Positions 49,873 through 62,886 of a stretch of DNA of 64,000 bases are shown piece by piece. Each line of letters starts with the position of its first letter. Positions within the stretch are counted from its first letter, which is position 1. Position numbers and translations under genes: made by a program. The stretch comes from Podarcis tiliguerta (Eukaryota). A model generated the notes under the pieces. That model did not search any database. It had not been told where the DNA came from and worked only from the letters and a program-made list of their open reading frames with translations. The DNA is taken from assembly GCA_965153285.1 (NCBI GenBank), contig OZ229115.1; one strand, 5' to 3'.

Positions 49873-50049
49873 CACAAGCCTGGGAGAACATGATGAGTGC
49901 CTCAAGCCAGAGCCCTAATCCTAACAATCCTGCTGAGTACTGTTCTACCATTCCTCCCTTACAGCAAGCACAGGCTTCTGGAGCTCTGAACTCTCCACCA
50001 CCTACTGTTATGGTACCTGTGGGAGTCCTAAAGCATCCAGGTGCAGAAG
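49873..50049 (+). CDS. ZFYVE9: ZFYVE9 exon 6 (Smad-binding domain)
   Basis: AQAWENMMSASSQSPNPNNPAEYCSTIPPLQQAQASGALNSPPPTVMVPVGVLKHPGAE; 177 nt, phase 1-1. Confidence 0.98.
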
Positions 50050-50104
50050 GTAGGGATCTTCTTTTCTTCTGCTTAGATTCCATCTCCCTACTCCCCCTCT
50101 TTAT

Positions 50105-50367
50105 GAGAGTGGGTGGTCCCTGCCTGTTTGAAGGAGGCAGTGGTGAAACCACTCCTTAAAAAGCCTTCATTGGATTTGAAAAACCTAGCTAACTACCAGC
50201 CAGTTGCTAATCTCCCTTTCTTGAGCAAGGTTCTGGAGCAAGTGGTTGCAGACCAGATCCAGGCACTTTTGGAATGAATTGATTTTCTGAATCCATTTCA
50301 GTCAAGGTTTAAGCCCAGTTTTGGCACAGAAACTGCTTTGGTCACCCTGTATGATGACCTCTGCCAT
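50105..50367 (+). mobile_element. L2 LINE reverse-transcriptase fragment
   Basis: PACLKEAVVKPLLKKPSLDLKNLANYQPVANLPFLSKVLEQVVA...FLNPFQSRFKPSFGTETALVTLYDDL. Confidence 0.9.
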
Positions 50368-51352
50368 CATACAGAGTACTTCTGAATTCTAAGTGTGTTA
50401 TCAAAATGCTGATTAGTGTTAATGCTGATTAGTATTATTTACTTGGGCTGCGATCCAAAGAAGTGACATGCACACATAAGGAAAAACTATTTGCAGAGCC
50501 TGAGCTTCATTTGTTGTTTCTGCTGTAGCAATTTTTCCTACCCAAGTGACTTGAATAAAAGACATGTATGTCAGTAGTTTATGTCAAGTTTCCCTTTGAT
50601 ACTACTTCATATAATTCCTAAACAGTGGTGCAAATCTGACCACTCAACCATCTCTGTTTCACTGTATACATTTTACAACCTTACCTTACCCATAAAGAGA
50701 TTGTTGGCATATAGGGTCTTTCAGATGACCAGCACCTGTGATAGTTTGTGTAAATAACAGTAGAATCCCAATTCAATGGGATTAACTCAAAGGCAAGTGG
50801 GTATATGAAACACCCATGGCTGATGAGAAGAAGTATGGTCTGATAGTTACTCAGCACTCTAAAGCAGTTTATTTTCATCAAGTGAAAATCAAATGCCTAT
50901 ATCTACCTCTGTAAATGTCAATGTTTGAGAACTGCTCAAACTGGTTCTTTATTTGCATAGGAAAGCCTCCTTAACTCAATGTATCTGGTGGAGGTATTTA
51001 TTCAGTTTAGAGATTAACTATAGGATCAAGATGCTTAGATCTAAATGATTGAATATTAATCTGGTTATCACTAAAGATAAAATTACTATTTACAATGTTC
51101 TTTTTAAAAAATATCTTCAACTGCTGATGAAAAGACAAGCTGCCTTAAAAAACAACCACTATGGGAACTGTTGAACCAAAATCTGATTCTTCTTCTTTTG
51201 GTTGTGGCCTTGGATATATTCAAAATCCCTACCGCTGCTGTTTTTTAGTTTGTGTTTCAGTGTATTTCTGTATCTCAGTTAAAGCCAGCTAGCTTCACTT
51301 CTCTTTTCATGCATGCATTTCTTTTGATGAGTTGTTCCCATCTCTTTCTTAG

Positions 51353-51522
51353 TGGCTCAGCCCAGAGAACAAAGACGAGTTTGGTTTGCTGATGGCATCT
51401 TACCCAATGGGGAAGTTGCTGATGCAGCCAAATTGGCAGTGGCTGGAACAACCTCCCCTGGAGCGCTAGCAGTGTCACATGATCCAAGCAAACCCATGAG
51501 CAACACTACTTCACCCGTAGAG
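51353..51522 (+). CDS. ZFYVE9: ZFYVE9 exon 7 (PP1-binding RVWF motif)
   Basis: VAQPREQRRVWFADGILPNGEVADAAKL...SPVE; 170 nt. Confidence 0.96.
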
Positions 51523-51729
51523 GTGAGGAAAAGCTCTGATTTTTGTTGTAATATGTTGGACATGTCTCTTGGTCAGAGGGTACAGGCAGATGTAGCTTCC
51601 CTATCAATGTATTTTTACATGAGAGCCTATAGTACATATTGTTTTTTGTATCTTGTATTTTACAAAATGAAGAGTAAAATATGTCTAGTTATGCATTTAC
51701 AGAGTGTTGTTGTTTACTGCTTCTTGTAG

Positions 51730-51853
51730 ACTGAAAACACACTTGCATTTTCAAGAAGCATTACTCAGGTTGGAAGTCCAGTTGGCAGTGCGATGAATCT
51801 TATTCCAGAAGATGGGCTTCCTCCAATTCTTATTTCTACTGGGGTGAAAGGAG
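51730..51853 (+). CDS. ZFYVE9: ZFYVE9 exon 8
   Basis: TENTLAFSRSITQVGSPVGSAMNLIPEDGLPPILISTGVKG; 124 nt. Confidence 0.96.
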
Positions 51854-52466
51854 GTGAGAATTAAACTGTGGTGTGTCTGTTTTTGGGTTTAATGAGTAAC
51901 ATCCTAGAGCAGTCCATATTGAAACCAAAGTCTTCTGGATCAAGGTCAAATAGTCTTGACTGTCAGTGGGCTGAATATTAACAGGCAAGGTCAGGCTTAA
52001 TAAAATATCTGTTATCTCTAACACAAATGGGGATTATGTGTACATATAATCTTTCAGGTGTACTGAATAGTGATGGGAGTTCAAAAGGTTGACTTGGATG
52101 CATGTGAAATTGGAAGAAGGGATTGCATTTCTAGGAAAGTACTAATTTCTGGGGTAGTCCTTCTCTGAGCTGGGCTAGAGGTTATCAGCACTATGGTGTG
52201 TGGTCACACCCACAGCAAGTACCTAATATCCGATCTCTTGGCATACTGCCATTTTTTCTTGGTCACATCTTTCATATCAATGTCATGAAGCTTCTGCAAT
52301 TTGAAGCAGTGGAGAATAATATCTATGTGTAGCTACTTGTTTGCAATAGATAAAACTAAATGATTTCCTGTGAAATAAGACTCTTCATAAAATACTACCC
52401 CGAGTTGCAAGTACTATTTGTTTAATTATTTAAACAACTAAAACTGATCAGTTGATAAACTTAATA

Positions 52467-52729
52467 CAGTGGTGCCTCGCAAGACAAAATTAATTCGTTC
52501 TGCAAGTTTTTTCGTCTTGTGAATTTTTTTGTCTTGCGAAGCACCACTGTGCATTGACGGTTTCGCATAGGAATGCATTGCCGGTTTTTTAAAAAGGCGC
52601 AAGACGTTTTCGTCTTGCAAAGCAAGCCCATAGGGAAATTCGTCTTGCGCAGCAACTCAAAAAACGAAAAACTATTTTGACCTGCGAGTTTTTCGTCTTG
52701 CGAGGCGTTCGTCTTGCGAGGTACCACTG
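52467..52729. mobile_element. Tc1/mariner MITE, same family as 10963-11317, opposite orientation
   Basis: TIRs CAGTGGTGCCTCGCAAGAC...GTCTTGCGAGGTACCACTG, TA duplications; shared internal GACGAATTTCCCTATGGGCTTG on the minus strand. Confidence 0.92.
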
Positions 52730-53897
52730 TAATTAAGAACCATTGACTATGGAAATATTCCAAGATTATGGATATAGTCCAAGTTATTTTTTTGCAGTAA
52801 ATCTTATATCTGACAAACACTTCATTCTGTCAAAAGTCCTGATGTTCAAATAAAGTTTTTTTAAAAAGGAAAACTAGAAGGGATTCATGAATTTGCGTTT
52901 ATGGGAATTTTTCAAAATATAGCCTTTAGATATGATTTCATTAATGGATATTGTGTTGGGACACAACAACATATTGTAATATATTATGGCACTGTAAACA
53001 TAAGCAAATAAAAGCCACTTCCCAATATTCCATCATACTCTAGCATGGGCATGAAACAGAAGAAAGGCCAGGGCTATGCAGATAGAAGAAGGCTTGGTGA
53101 TCGGTGGCTAGGGTCCGCAGTTATAGGGAGAAAAATTATATCTTACCCAGTGGTACCCCTGTGTGCATACCTTTAATGTCTCCCATGGCAGTAAAGGATT
53201 CCCATTTGCTCCTTTCGGGGAAAATTAAGGACTTTGATTGAGGAGTGAGAACCTGCATTCTACCGCTCATACTTAGTGGCTGAACTTCTATTGACAGGAT
53301 CACACAGGAATGTATGTCCACATGCAAAGCACATAGTTATATTGCACCCCTGGCTTCCTTAGCATATATAAGCTGGTCTTCCCCATGGAAACCCCACCAA
53401 TCCTTTTGATCATTTTGAGGGTCAGCCTGCATATATTTGCAATACATGACTGAGATGCCAAAACTGGTTTATAACGGTTGTGTTTAATGCCATATACTGT
53501 GCTTGACATAGAGGTGTGTTTTGTAGAAGCTCCAGGGTAGAAATCTTTTTTTTTTTTTTTTGTTCCACTATCAAATAAATATTTACAAAGGTATTTATTA
53601 TGGATCTGTTAAACAAATGCTATTTTATTTTTTAAGAACAGGCAATAGTATTCAGTAATTGATTTCACAGTAATACTTTCACTGTTGTTGTAGGTATTAC
53701 TGATAGCATGCATTTTTCAGATGTTACCTAAACCCAATGAAATGTTGGGGGGAAATCTCATTTTTTAAAAATCCTCCACCCATCCATTTGAATAAAATGA
53801 CAGACCACACAGTACTTAAATATGAGAGGTATGCTATTGCCAAATTGCATAAGACACTTGACAACCATCATTTGACAGCTACCTTTTTTGCTTTCAG

Positions 53898-54020
53898 ATT
53901 ATGCTGTAGAAGAAAAACCATCTCATATATCAGTGATGCAGCAGTTGGAAGATGGTGGCCCTGACCCCCTTGTGTTTGTTTTAAATGCAAATTTGCTGTC
54001 CATGGTTAAAATTGTGAACT
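53898..54020 (+). CDS. ZFYVE9: ZFYVE9 exon 9
   Basis: DYAVEEKPSHISVMQQLEDGGPDPLVFVLNANLLSMVKIVN; 123 nt. Confidence 0.97.
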
Positions 54021-55175
54021 GTAAGTCCAGTTTATTTGGATGATGATAAAACGATCTTGCAATGAATCAGTTTTCTTTGCTTTATAAAACATTTCCTTGT
54101 GAAAAACGTCTTGCATTGCAGAAAATCACCTTCAAGTAACAGTAGTGAATTGTCTTTTTGGTCTGTGTCTTGGAAGTGATTGTGTGCCAAAGTCCGGGAT
54201 TTTTTTTTCTGAGACCCAATATATGAATTCACACATTTAAAAGATGTGCTGGTCTTGCTATTGATGATTTCTTGATTTAATAGCAGCATGATATTACAGC
54301 AGAACTTCAGTACTCTGAATGATGGGGTTTAAAATCATACTTCCTATGAGTGTAACAAGATGCAGTTCAGAATATCCAGGATTTAAGATTATCTATGGGT
54401 GTAATTCAGCGTAACTCTAAGAGGGGTACACCTACAGGGAACAAGGTCTACTCATGCAGTGGGACTTCCCTTGCTCTTCTCTCCCCATTTGTCCCCTAAA
54501 CCTGTTCTGAGGGTTCCTCGAAACGCTCCATAGCTGATTTTGGAAGTGCAGGTGGGAGAGGGGGAGAGAAGTCCTGTTGCGCAAGGTACCTCATTTCACG
54601 CATGCTAGCAGCTTAGATGAATGCCTAGTTTAACCTATGTGGTTAAACTAGAGGTGGCTAACCTTATTTGGTCTAAGGGCTTCATGTCAGTGGAGGGTGT
54701 TGTCAAAATGAACTTTGGTGTCCTCTAGCTTTGTGCCTCTCCCCGACCAAGCCTGTGTACACACAGGCAGGCACACAGATGCACACTGGCAGACACAAGC
54801 CATAACCCTGCCAATTTGAGGGATTCCTCCCCATTGCAGTGCTGTGCTGAGAGGAGAGACTTAAAATGTAAAGACTAGCAAATGCAGAGGTTGCCATATT
54901 GGGTTAGAAACACAACCTTATAGTAACCAAGACTTTTAACCTGCAGGTTGAATACCTTGGGAAGGATTTTAATTGAGGAAAGTGATATTGCAAGAAGGGT
55001 CAAACCCTGAATCACCCAGTACTGTTGTCTAAAATCTACACACATCCCATACACAAAAACCATACATGGTTTTTATATATATAAATGAGATCCTGAGTCA
55101 GAGACCTCTGTTGTGTTTAGTTTGGCCTAGGCAAATAAGCAGCCTACAGTAATGTCTGCATTAATTTTGCATTTA

Positions 55176-55435
55176 CCGTGGTACCTCGTGTTATGGATGG
55201 GATCCATTCCGGAGGCACGTCCGCAACGTGAAATTACCGCAACTGGAAGCGCTGTGTCTGTGCAAGCGCGCGGCACAATTTGGCGCTTCTGCACATGTGC
55301 GAAACACGATTTAGCGCTTCTGCGCAGGCGCGAGCGGCGAAACCCAGAAGTAACATGTTCTGGTACTTCCGCGTTGCCGCAGGACGTAACGCGAAAAGAC
55401 GCAACATGAAGCGTATGCAATACCAGGTATGACTG
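55176..55435. mobile_element. Tc1/mariner-type MITE
   Basis: Ends CCGTGGTACCTCG...CCAGGTATGACTG; CpG-rich interior with GCGCA/TGCGC repeats. Confidence 0.75.
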
Positions 55436-55486
55436 TGCTCCATATGTTTATTTTTACAAACCCTCATTGTGCTTTCTCTTCTACAG

Positions 55487-55642
55487 ATGTGAACAGGAAG
55501 TGCTGGTGCTTCACTACAAAAGGAATGCATGCTGTAGGCCAGTCAGAAATAGTAATTCTTCTCCAGTGCTTACCTGATGAGAAGTGTTTGCCGAAGGATA
55601 TTTTCAACCACTTTGTGCAGCTTTATAGAGATGCCTTGGCAG
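55487..55642 (+). CDS. ZFYVE9: ZFYVE9 exon 10
   Basis: YVNRKCWCFTTKGMHAVGQSEIVILLQCLPDEKCLPKDIFNHFVQLYRDALA; 156 nt. Confidence 0.97.
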
Positions 55643-57659
55643 GTGAGAGAACTGCCTATTTGAAAATTGTGATGACTTCTGACAGCTAAATTACTTGAAT
55701 TATTAAGTCATCACAGTTGTGTAGCTGTGCCTTCTAGATTCTTTTATAAAATAGTCCATATTTGTACACTATTAAATAATATTTAAGTAACCAAAGGGCT
55801 CTCTGCCTTTTCTTCAGATGCTGATTGAACTTTGATCCAGCATACTACAGTTATTACTATGTGCAATTTCACTACAGTGTTGCATAATTTATGACCTCTA
55901 CATAATGTGTATTTGAATTCTATTTTTGGTATTCTTTGATATACTACCCTTCAATGCTGTGAAGGAAGCAGGGTTTCGGGGCTTTGTTATTTTTAATCAA
56001 AAGCCAAAATTTAATACCAGTACTGCTGACTTTTATGATTCTTTTTGGGGAGGGGGCATTTTCTATTTCTGTAGTTCAGAAATGTAAGGCAATCAAATTA
56101 AATCATGAGTTACTGTGCTGGATACAAAAAGGATTCTTGTTTTGTGAGCAGATGATCTTCATGACTCATAGCACTCTAAATCAATTTCTGCAGTGGTCCA
56201 TAATACACTCTTAGTATGTGGCTTGCTTATGTTCTGACATTGTAAGTAGTTGAGAGAGAGTTGTGGGGGGATGCAGTACAGTACACTAAATTAACACTGC
56301 TAGGGGGTTATCAGAAACAGCTTGCTGTAAAGTTATTTACTATAAGTGCAATGAATAAGACAACTGTGTCTTAACCATTCTGCTATATATTTTGGAAAGT
56401 TGTTCATTTGTTTGCTACGCTTTGGAACACCTCTTAACACAGCATTTTAAAAAATTGCTGGTTCCCGAGATCAGGGAGCAGGTTTTTCAAATCAAGATAG
56501 CAGACTGAACCTTTCAAAATGGTGCTGATTTTGAGATTTCTTAAAATTTCTGAGTAACGCCAGGTAGAAGGCTCCTGGTTTCTTATAATGCAAAACATGC
56601 CTGTAATAAATAGAGGGTACACTGTGTGTAATTATTTCTGAAAAGCTGAGGGGATTGGGAAATTTGTAAAGGATTTCTGCTTTATAACAGTGGAGAAATT
56701 TTCAGCAGGGCTTAGAGCTTTAAGAGTTGTATGTGCTTGGGCTGCATATCTAGTACCTGCAGGTCATAGCTTCATGGCTGAGTAGAAATTTGTACCTGAG
56801 TGTCCTTAATCTTAGGTCCAACATTTTCAACATCGCATATTATTAACTTTTAAGCATTCTCTGTTTCATTAACATCCTTTGTTGTTAAAATGCAACAGTA
56901 TAAAACATGGTATTGGTACTAGTTTAAAACCTGTGACATATAGTTTCACTATTGAAACAAAGATTTTCTCTGTATATAATAGTAATAAATAATCTACCAG
57001 GTTAAGCCCAGAGACAAAGTTTTCTCAGGAAGTTGGGAGTGAATTAAGTGTGCTGCTCATGGTATGTATATACTCATCACACCTTCACATCTGATAAAAT
57101 TGCTTGGCAGGATTTGGTGTCATTTCTAAGACCTGCAAATCCTGTTTGACAAGAGGTCAAACATTTGGATGAAAGTATTTTGTGCTAATCATGAGAAGTG
57201 CAACATATATTTCAAAGCACTTTCTTAAAATTACCGTATATTCCATCTCTAACCTACGACTCAGCATATGGCTGCTTCAGAATGCTCCAATGTTTGTGGA
57301 GTTGCTTTTTTCGGATCCCTTTTGGGATCAGGGTTGTTGGGTTTTTTTGTGGCAGGGAATCTACACTGTAGAGATTTCAGTTGCAAATACCCAGAAATGA
57401 CATAAATAAGTGTGTGCAGAACTTTTCTAATTAAACTGGAAAAATAAAGCATTATATACTATTGAATAAAATTCCTTTTGCTTTTATTTGGTATATCTGC
57501 TGCAAATGGGTAATTTAAGCTAGTATACCTTAACATTTCTTTAAAAAGTTTTTCTTCTGTGTAACAAGTAGCACAAGAAGAAGTAGGATCTCTATGCAAT
57601 TTTATCTTGCCTTTTTGATATATAGCCATTAATAATAACTATTTCTCTTGTTTTCATAG

Positions 57660-57884
57660 GCAGTGTTGTGGGTAATTTAGGACATTCATTTTTCAGTCAG
57701 AGTTTTCTCGGCAGTAAGGAGCATGGCGGCTTCTTGTATGTTACACCTGTGTATCAGTCGCTGCAGGACTTGGTGCTCCCCACTCCACCATATTTATTTG
57801 GAATCCTTATCCAGAAATGGGAGACTCCTTGGGCCAAAGTATTTCCCATCCGACTGATGTTGAGACTTGGAGCTGAATACAGGT
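57660..57884 (+). CDS. ZFYVE9: ZFYVE9 exon 11
   Basis: [28 protein letters not shown]...[18 protein letters not shown]; 225 nt; donor T|gtaagt. Confidence 0.97.
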
Positions 57885-58989
57885 GTAAGTCCTATTACTC
57901 TTCAGTGTCCCGTTAGATCCCAGCCTTGGTTTCAGAGTGTCATATATACGTATTTTACCGTTTTGTTGCTGGTAATCACGTTGCCTTGGATTCAAACTTT
58001 TTGCTTTGTGAGCAAAGGGAGTCTTCTGTTCATGGAGCAGAAAGTTAGGGTCCAAGCTACCATTGTAAGGACATTACTAAATGTGATTCTGTTGGCCAAA
58101 TTAACCTACATTAAAGTAGTTGCTTGTGCACTTAATGCACAGTAGGGTATGTTATATGGGAACAGTGTCTGAAGTGGGTTTAAAATGGCTTTCTGTGTGA
58201 TGCAGGGCAATGTGGCTCCCTATCAGACATGGGAGCTTGGAGTAACTGGTGCAGCCATGGTTTTCAGAGTTGTATTCAGTGGTTCTTTTGTGTGTGCACC
58301 ACTTTCATAAGTAACTGAAACCTAGGCAAACGTGAAAATTAAAATGGTTACAAATACCTAGTACTGAATATAAGCTGTTAAGATCTCCACAACAATCATT
58401 TGTTTAAGTCAGTTGGGGTTAGTGTTAGATCACACACAGTGACTTCTTGTGCTCCCATTTTCGCTCTGTAGTGTACAAATAAAAACATGGAAAGTGTTGC
58501 TAGAAAGGCAGAGCATCTTTCCTCGGCACACATCTGTGCTCCAAGTAGAAATCTGAAGGCCCATCCTATTATTCTATTCTTACAATTGTCCTTGATCAGA
58601 CAGGCACCAACATAGGTGGAATGATTCCTTCCTTGTATGTGACTCTATGTGGACCACTGGCAAAGAGCCACAATGAGGGAGAACTCTGGGTTGGAGCAAG
58701 ACTTGCTGCTTTGCAAAAAAGGACTCATTCTATTTGCAGAGGGAATCAGAATCCAGTGGGGGTTCTCCACTTGCGAAAGGACCGTGGTTTTTGTTGTGCA
58801 AATGGAACTTCTTCCTGTGCAAGTGGAACTTCTCTGAGCATGTCTGGATACAAGCCATGGTGTTATTTTGATCTTCCTACTGTTGATATTTTTCTAAATT
58901 TGATTTTCTAGCTAACAAATGCAAGGTTTTTGGAGTAAACTTCCCCATAGATATGTCTGACTCTGAGATCTTTTTTCCTACTTTCTTAG

Positions 58990-59072
58990 TGTACCCATGC
59001 CCACTTTTCAGTGTCAGATTCCGTAAGCCATTGTTTGGAGAGACTGGACACACAATTATGAATCTTCTTGCA
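58990..59072 (+). CDS. ZFYVE9: ZFYVE9 exon 12
   Basis: [28 protein letters not shown]; 83 nt. Confidence 0.97.
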
Positions 59073-60196
59073 GTAAGTGATGGTTACAAGATTATTTTGC
59101 AAATAGAAAAATGTATGTGTCCTGTTCACTCACCTAATTTATATGCACTGTTATTCTGAAAATATAATAATACGTAGATTTCTTAAATCTAGATATGATG
59201 GAGTAGAATTTATTTATTTATTTATTTATTTAACAAATTTATATACAGTTTTCAAGCAAAAAATTATTCCAAAAGTGTTTTACAAACTACATACAAAAAC
59301 GTAAACAAAAAATATAATTTAAAACTGACTAAAACATCCATATGATTTCGAAAGATAATTTAAAAGACATCACAAAAACAAGTATTTCTGAGCATAACAA
59401 AAATACCATAGAACACCACAATACCAATTTTACAGCTCAGATTATAATTAGTCCCTAAAGACTATTAGCCCCTATCCCTAAAAGGATAAGTCTTTAAAGG
59501 AGGTGGGGATGAGGTTTGCTCTCAATATCATGCAGAATCTAATTCACAGTTTTATGCAACAAATATCTATTTTAAATCGAGAGAACACTAAAGATCCTTT
59601 TTTTAAAACATCTCTGAACTGGACCATCATATAGCTGTAGGCACACTACTGTTAAAAAAAAACCACCTAAGCATTTCATCTGTACCTTTATACCAAGGAA
59701 CCGCAGTTTAGTGTCCTGTAATTTTTTTGGTATGCTAGAGAAAGAGCACAGCTGCGCTCTAGGACAGAAAGAATACCTTGGAGTGATGCTGATGCCCTAT
59801 AGCATTTAAGGAGCTTAAAGAGGCACCTGTTCTAAATGTGAAATGTGTTCCAGGAAGGAATATAGCAGAAGTGGGTGAGTGGGTGGGAATGGGAGATTAT
59901 CAGGTACTCCTTTCCTGTTCTTGTTCACCCAAAGGCAATTTCTATTTTCTCACAGCTTAACGTCCCCAGCTTACTCTGATACACATTATGTCTCATGAAA
60001 CTCATTGGTACAATATCAGTTCTTTTCAATTGTATTTTTCAATATTTTAAACAAAATAATGAGTAAAGAATACTGCTTATTGCGAATGGATTTAGTATTT
60101 TTATTGTAATTTTTCAAAGTTGACCCATAGTTCTTGCGTTGCTGAAACTCAAATGCCAGCAGCAATTGTGATTTTCATTGTTCTGTGCACTGACAG

Positions 60197-60301
60197 GACT
60201 TCAGAAATTACCAGTATACATTGCCAGTTGTCCAAGGCTTAGTGGTTGATATGGAAGTGAGGAAAACCAGCATCAAAATTCCCAGCAACAGATACAATGA
60301 G
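60197..60301 (+). CDS. ZFYVE9: ZFYVE9 exon 13
   Basis: DFRNYQYTLPVVQGLVVDMEVRKTSIKIPSNRYNE; 105 nt. Confidence 0.97.
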
Positions 60302-60822
60302 GTATGTAGTGTGAATAAATATATAACACACATGTCCTAGAAGCATCACAGTGATTCTTCTATTGATGAACTATTGCATGAACTAGGAGTTACTTGAGGG
60401 GTGAATAAAACTGGATCGGTGAGACTGGGTTTCAAATTCTTGCTCAGCAAGCAACTGAGGGAGCAGCTTTGGTTAAGCCATGATAGCTCTTTACCTTGTC
60501 TCCCATCTGAAAAATTATGAATAATGACATACCTTAATATCTCATGTTGATATGGCAGATCAGGTGTAAACTGTCTTGCATGTTCTTCTCCTCCAAAATA
60601 TTGTATGCCATAAATCATATATTTCTTTTGGAGGACTAAAATTTTAATTCAGTGATTGTTAAATGTGTTTTTTTCCCCAAAGAGCCAAGAAACAGCATTG
60701 CAAATAGTTTAATTTTGCCCTATTCCTGGGGTGGGCACTCTACAGCCATTGGCCTGATTTTATGTGATCGTTGGCAAGCATCACCTCAGACCCTTGGCAA
60801 GAGTGAAGTACCCCCTATGAAA

Positions 60823-60867
60823 AGAGAGAGAGAGAGACAGACAGACAGATAGACAGACAGACAGAGA
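60823..60867. repeat. (GA)n/(GACA)n compound microsatellite
   Basis: AGAGAGAGAGAGAGACAGACAGACAGATAGACAGACAGACAGAGA. Confidence 0.85.
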
Positions 60868-61083
60868 CTACCTTTGGCTCTGGCCTTGGCCACTGCTGAC
60901 TTTAGCCCCCCCCCCCCCCAGTTATCCCTGAAAGGAGTTCTTTGACAGAAAAAAAAAAGTTTGCTTCCATCTGCCCTGTACAGATGTCATTTTTCTTCAG
61001 GGTTTGCACCTGTGGAGACAGTTCTCACGTTTCCTGGGTGGTGGTCTCATATTATGTGGTAATGGTGAATGTTTTGGTTGCAG

Positions 61084-61234
61084 ATGATGAAAGCCATGAA
61101 CAAGTCCAATGAGCATGTTCTAGCAGGTGGGGCATGCTTCAATGACAGGGCAGACTCTCATCTCGTGTGTGTGCAGAATGATGATGGGAACTATCAGACA
61201 CAGGCCATCAGTATTCATAATCAACCGCGGAAGG
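61084..61234 (+). CDS. ZFYVE9: ZFYVE9 exon 14
   Basis: [50 protein letters not shown]; 151 nt. Confidence 0.97.
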
Positions 61235-61760
61235 GTGAGAGTTGCTGACAATGTATTCACCCCCCCCCCCATAAACAGTCTGCTGTTTGCATTGTTTTCT
61301 TGTTTGTTGTTTTTTGCTTGTAAGCCCTTTTAATTTTGTAAGTGCATGATGAGCAAAGAGCCCTAGTGCCTGATGGCAGTTATGGCCTGAATGAGAGCCA
61401 CTAAACTGAGACTGAATCTTGATAAAACAAAGGCACTGTTGGTGGTAGATTCTATACCAGCTTCCAAACAGCCTTTGAAGGCAGCTCCATGTAAACATCC
61501 TTGCAATAGTTCAATTTATGAAGCTTGAAAGATCGTGCCAAAGCTTTTGTTCCAGCTGCTTAAACCAGATGCAGCCGATACCGAGCATGGGGGTCCACTG
61601 TGGCTGCTTAAGATTCTACTTTGCTTCTGAAGTCCTAAGAATACCCACAGATCTCCTTTTTGAAGGAGAGCAAATAACCATTTAAGCTTTTTGACTGGCC
61701 AGTTGTATGAAATACGTTTTCTGGAGGGAATTCTATATAAGACTGTGAGTAATCTTGAAC

Positions 61761-62046
61761 ACTGCAACGGGGTGAGCTCTCGTTGTTCGGTCCCAGCTTC
61801 TGCCCACCTAGCAGTTCGAAAGCATGTCAAAGTGCAAGTAGATAAATGGGTACCACTCTGGCGGGAAGGTAAATGGCATTTCCGTGTGCTGCTCTGGTTC
61901 ACCAGAAGCGGCTTAGTCATGCTGGCCACATGACCCGGAAGCTGTCTGTGGACAAATGCCGGCTCCCTCGGCCTATAGAGCGAGATGAGCATACAACCCC
62001 AGAGGAATCCGCAACTGGACCTAATGGTCAGGGATACCTTTACCTT
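61761..62046 (+). mobile_element. 5'-truncated Sauria SINE
   Basis: Core CCTAGCAGTTCGAAAGCA...GTGCAAGTAGATAAAT...CCGGAAG, tail ACCTTTACCTT; 11-bp TSD TAATCTTGAAC at 61750-61760 and 62047-62057. Confidence 0.92.
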
Positions 62047-62805
62047 TAATCTTGAACTGGCTGAAAGATGCTGGAAGTAAAATCGCCTTTCACCCACAGC
62101 TAGTTGGATTCTGGGCATTGCACTGATTCTGCCTCTGGTTGATTTTTTTAAAAAAAGTTCTATGAATTGCTCACATTATAAAATATCAGAGTGGTGCACA
62201 GGGAACTTGTATACTATTTTTTTGCCATTATCTAATGCTTAAATTTTAGTAAGTAAAGAGGTTTTCATGAAGACAGCACACACCTCTTGATTCTTCAAGG
62301 AAAGTCCCCTTGCAGAATCTGTTTGGAACTACAGAATCTGTAGTAATTTTCCCAGGACGTCAAATTTTACAGTTCTAGGATTACTTTTAGTGATCAGGTG
62401 GAAAATGTGGGTCTCTTTTTAATACTTGGACTTACCAAAGTGTTTTACTTGGCTTAGAAAACACTATTGAAAGGCGCTTTCCTCCATCATTCAATATTGG
62501 TAGTTGCATACATTTGTTTTACATGGGCTTTGTTTGGATTATTGGCTGCTTTGTTGCTGATCTAATTCTGAAACATGGCTCTTATATACAGTGTCTTAAT
62601 TTTAGAATTACTAACACATTACCTTGGGGTTTTTTACATTTTAATATAATTATATTTCTCATGTTTTTATCTTACATAGTTTTTAACTCTACATGTAATA
62701 TCTATTTTATTGTGTTTTATGTGTTTTCTTTTTATCTTCTCTACTGGTCATTGACTTAAACAAACAAACTATATGAATCTTATTCATATCTCCCATTTGT
62801 TGCAG

Positions 62806-62886
62806 TGACTGGAGCTAGCTTCTTTGTGTTCAGTGGAGCTCTAAAGTCTTCTTCAGGCTATCTGGCAAAGTCCAGCATTGTAGAAG
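62806..62886 (+). CDS. ZFYVE9: ZFYVE9 exon 15
   Basis: [27 protein letters not shown]; 81 nt. Confidence 0.97.

Noticed and set aside
61516-62118. 200-aa minus-strand ORF
   Set aside because: Runs through a Sauria SINE; not a gene.
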